Of a stretch of DNA of 64,000 bases, positions 62,459 to 64,000 are shown piece after piece (the stretch's first letter is position 1; each line of letters opens with the position of its first letter). The stretch is from Bigelowiella natans CCMP2755 (Eukaryota > Protista > Cercozoa): the NCBI GenBank assembly GCA_000320545.1, contig ADNK01001198.1, positions 1 to 64,000 on the forward strand, given 5' to 3'. The notes beneath the pieces were generated by a model, which was given only the letters and a program-made list of their open reading frames with translations, searched no databases and was not told the origin of the DNA. The position numbers were made by a program, and so were the translations under genes.

Positions 62459-64000
62459 ATGAGCGAGGAATTCTCCACAATTAAGAAGATTGGAGAAGGT
62501 AGTACTACGCTTTACTTTACATTTACCTGTTAGTGGTGACTAAATTCACTATCTTTTTAATCAGGAACTTTCAGTGAGGTGTACAAAGCAGAAAGAAAAG
62601 ATTCCCCTGGCGAAGTAGTAGCTCTCAAAAGGTATGCTTTATAGTACGCAACAAAAATTTGTGACTCCCCCCCCCCCCCCTTCCCCTCTCTCTCTGTTTG
62701 TGTGTGTGCGGGGGTTGTTGATGAATATTGTGCGCCAAAGTAGTATCATCTTAACATATTTAACTTAATCAAAGGATACGTCCCAATTCTTCTCCTGCGC
62801 GGATTCAGAATGAAGTCACAGTTCTCTTCAAACTGGGGTATGATTTTCTCAAATTGCGTACCGCACTTTTCATTGAACAAGTGATAATTGATAGGGGCCA
62901 AAGAAACGTTGCAAAAATACTGCAGTGTATGAGAGAATACGATCGCGTCACCTTGGCTCTGCAATATTTTCCACACAAAAAGTTTAAGGACTACTATCTC
63001 ACAATGTCGGAGGACTTTTACAAGCAGTATTTCTACGCGCTTTTCGAAGCTCTGGATCACTTACATACCCATGGAGTAATCCACAGGGATATAAAACCAG
63101 GAAACTTTCTGTCAGATGGCAAGAATCAATTTCTTTTGGTTGACTATGGTTTGGCGCAAAACGATACATCCTTAAGTGGCGATGACATATCGACGATAAA
63201 GTTGATTGACATGAAACCTTCAGATAAAACACCGGATGATAGCACAGAATGTTCCAGAGCAGGGCGCAAATCCCATAGAAATGCAACAAAATCAACGGAG
63301 GAGGCAAGGGATCCTATGCAAAAAAGGAAATTACGTAGAAACAACCCCACCTTACTGCCGAGTTCTTCTTCGCATGCTTCATCCTCACATGATATACCGA
63401 GGGCAGGCAAGCATTCTAAGAGACGAAGAAGAATGGATATTCGCAATAATAACAACCCAAAATCAAAGCCAACCATTATACTCAGACATAGTCCCAGATT
63501 GAAAAACAAGCAAAGCTTGTTGGCCCCTCAACAGAAACATAGGGTTAGCACGCGTTCATCTTTAAGAAGTAAAAAAGATTTGGAAAAAGAAATCCTTCAA
63601 GAGAGTCGGATGTTAGAACACAGTTCTGATATGAATACTCTTTTAAGCGGTTCCAAATCAAAAAGACACATTAGTAGCAGCTGTACGAGCAGCAAGATAC
63701 ATCATCATCATATTTCAAGATGGAAAATTATTTCACTGAAAGATGCCCATGAATGGAACTCATCGAGTGGGAAAAGTTTATATTTTCGTGCATTTAAGAC
63801 GCCACCATCAAGATCACAAGATAGGCGTGAGGAGAATGAAGTCAAGTTGAAGTTTCATCCTCCCTTACCGAAAAAAAATACTAGTGGGAAAAGACGAAGA
63901 TCAAAAAGGCAAGTTTCTCAAAATATCAGTCAGTATTTTTATCGAATGACCAATAAAATCTTCTTCTTCTTCTTCTTCTTCTTCTTCTTCTCAGGTTGTT
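62459..64000 (+). CDS. CDC7: Cdc7-like Ser/Thr kinase, 3'-partial (start may lie upstream, e.g. ATG 62048)
   Basis: IGE|GTFSEVY, VALK, SSPARIQNE, HGVIHRDIKPGNFL, LVDYGLAQ, followed by a long insert typical of Cdc7. Confidence 0.82.

Noticed and set aside
63142-63150. DYG instead of DFG as a sign of a pseudokinase
   Set aside because: Conservative variant seen in active kinases; VALK and HRD are intact.

Overview
Gene-dense eukaryotic nuclear DNA with many GT-AG introns, many of them full of microsatellites. Three genes carry signal-peptide plus transit-peptide-like leaders, one of them a plastid FBPase II-type enzyme. This suggests an alga with a secondary plastid, possibly a chlorarachniophyte (inference). 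Gene order: DOCK-family GEF with two SH3 domains (-); plastid FBPase (+); intronless EAL-domain protein (-); intact 5.7-kb Ty3/gypsy LTR retrotransposon (-); PKG-like kinase with 3 cNMP domains, a PDZ-like domain and N-terminal helix-extension-helix repeats (-); PX-WD40 protein (+); hypothetical leader-bearing membrane protein (-); CTC1-like protein (-); ATM1/ABCB7-like half transporter (+); Sen2-like tRNA endonuclease subunit (-); Cdc7-like kinase (+, partial). Top observations: (1) the gypsy polyprotein ends in a degenerate DIRS/Dam-type adenine-methyltransferase-like domain and has a DD(27)E integrase; (2) a bacterial-type EAL (c-di-GMP phosphodiesterase-fold) gene in a eukaryote; (3) the unusual kinase architecture; (4) repeated tandem duplication of splice junctions; (5) CTAG/CATG/TGCA-rich blocks behind gene 3' ends that look like CpG-decayed repeats. 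All exon models were built by eye and are approximate.
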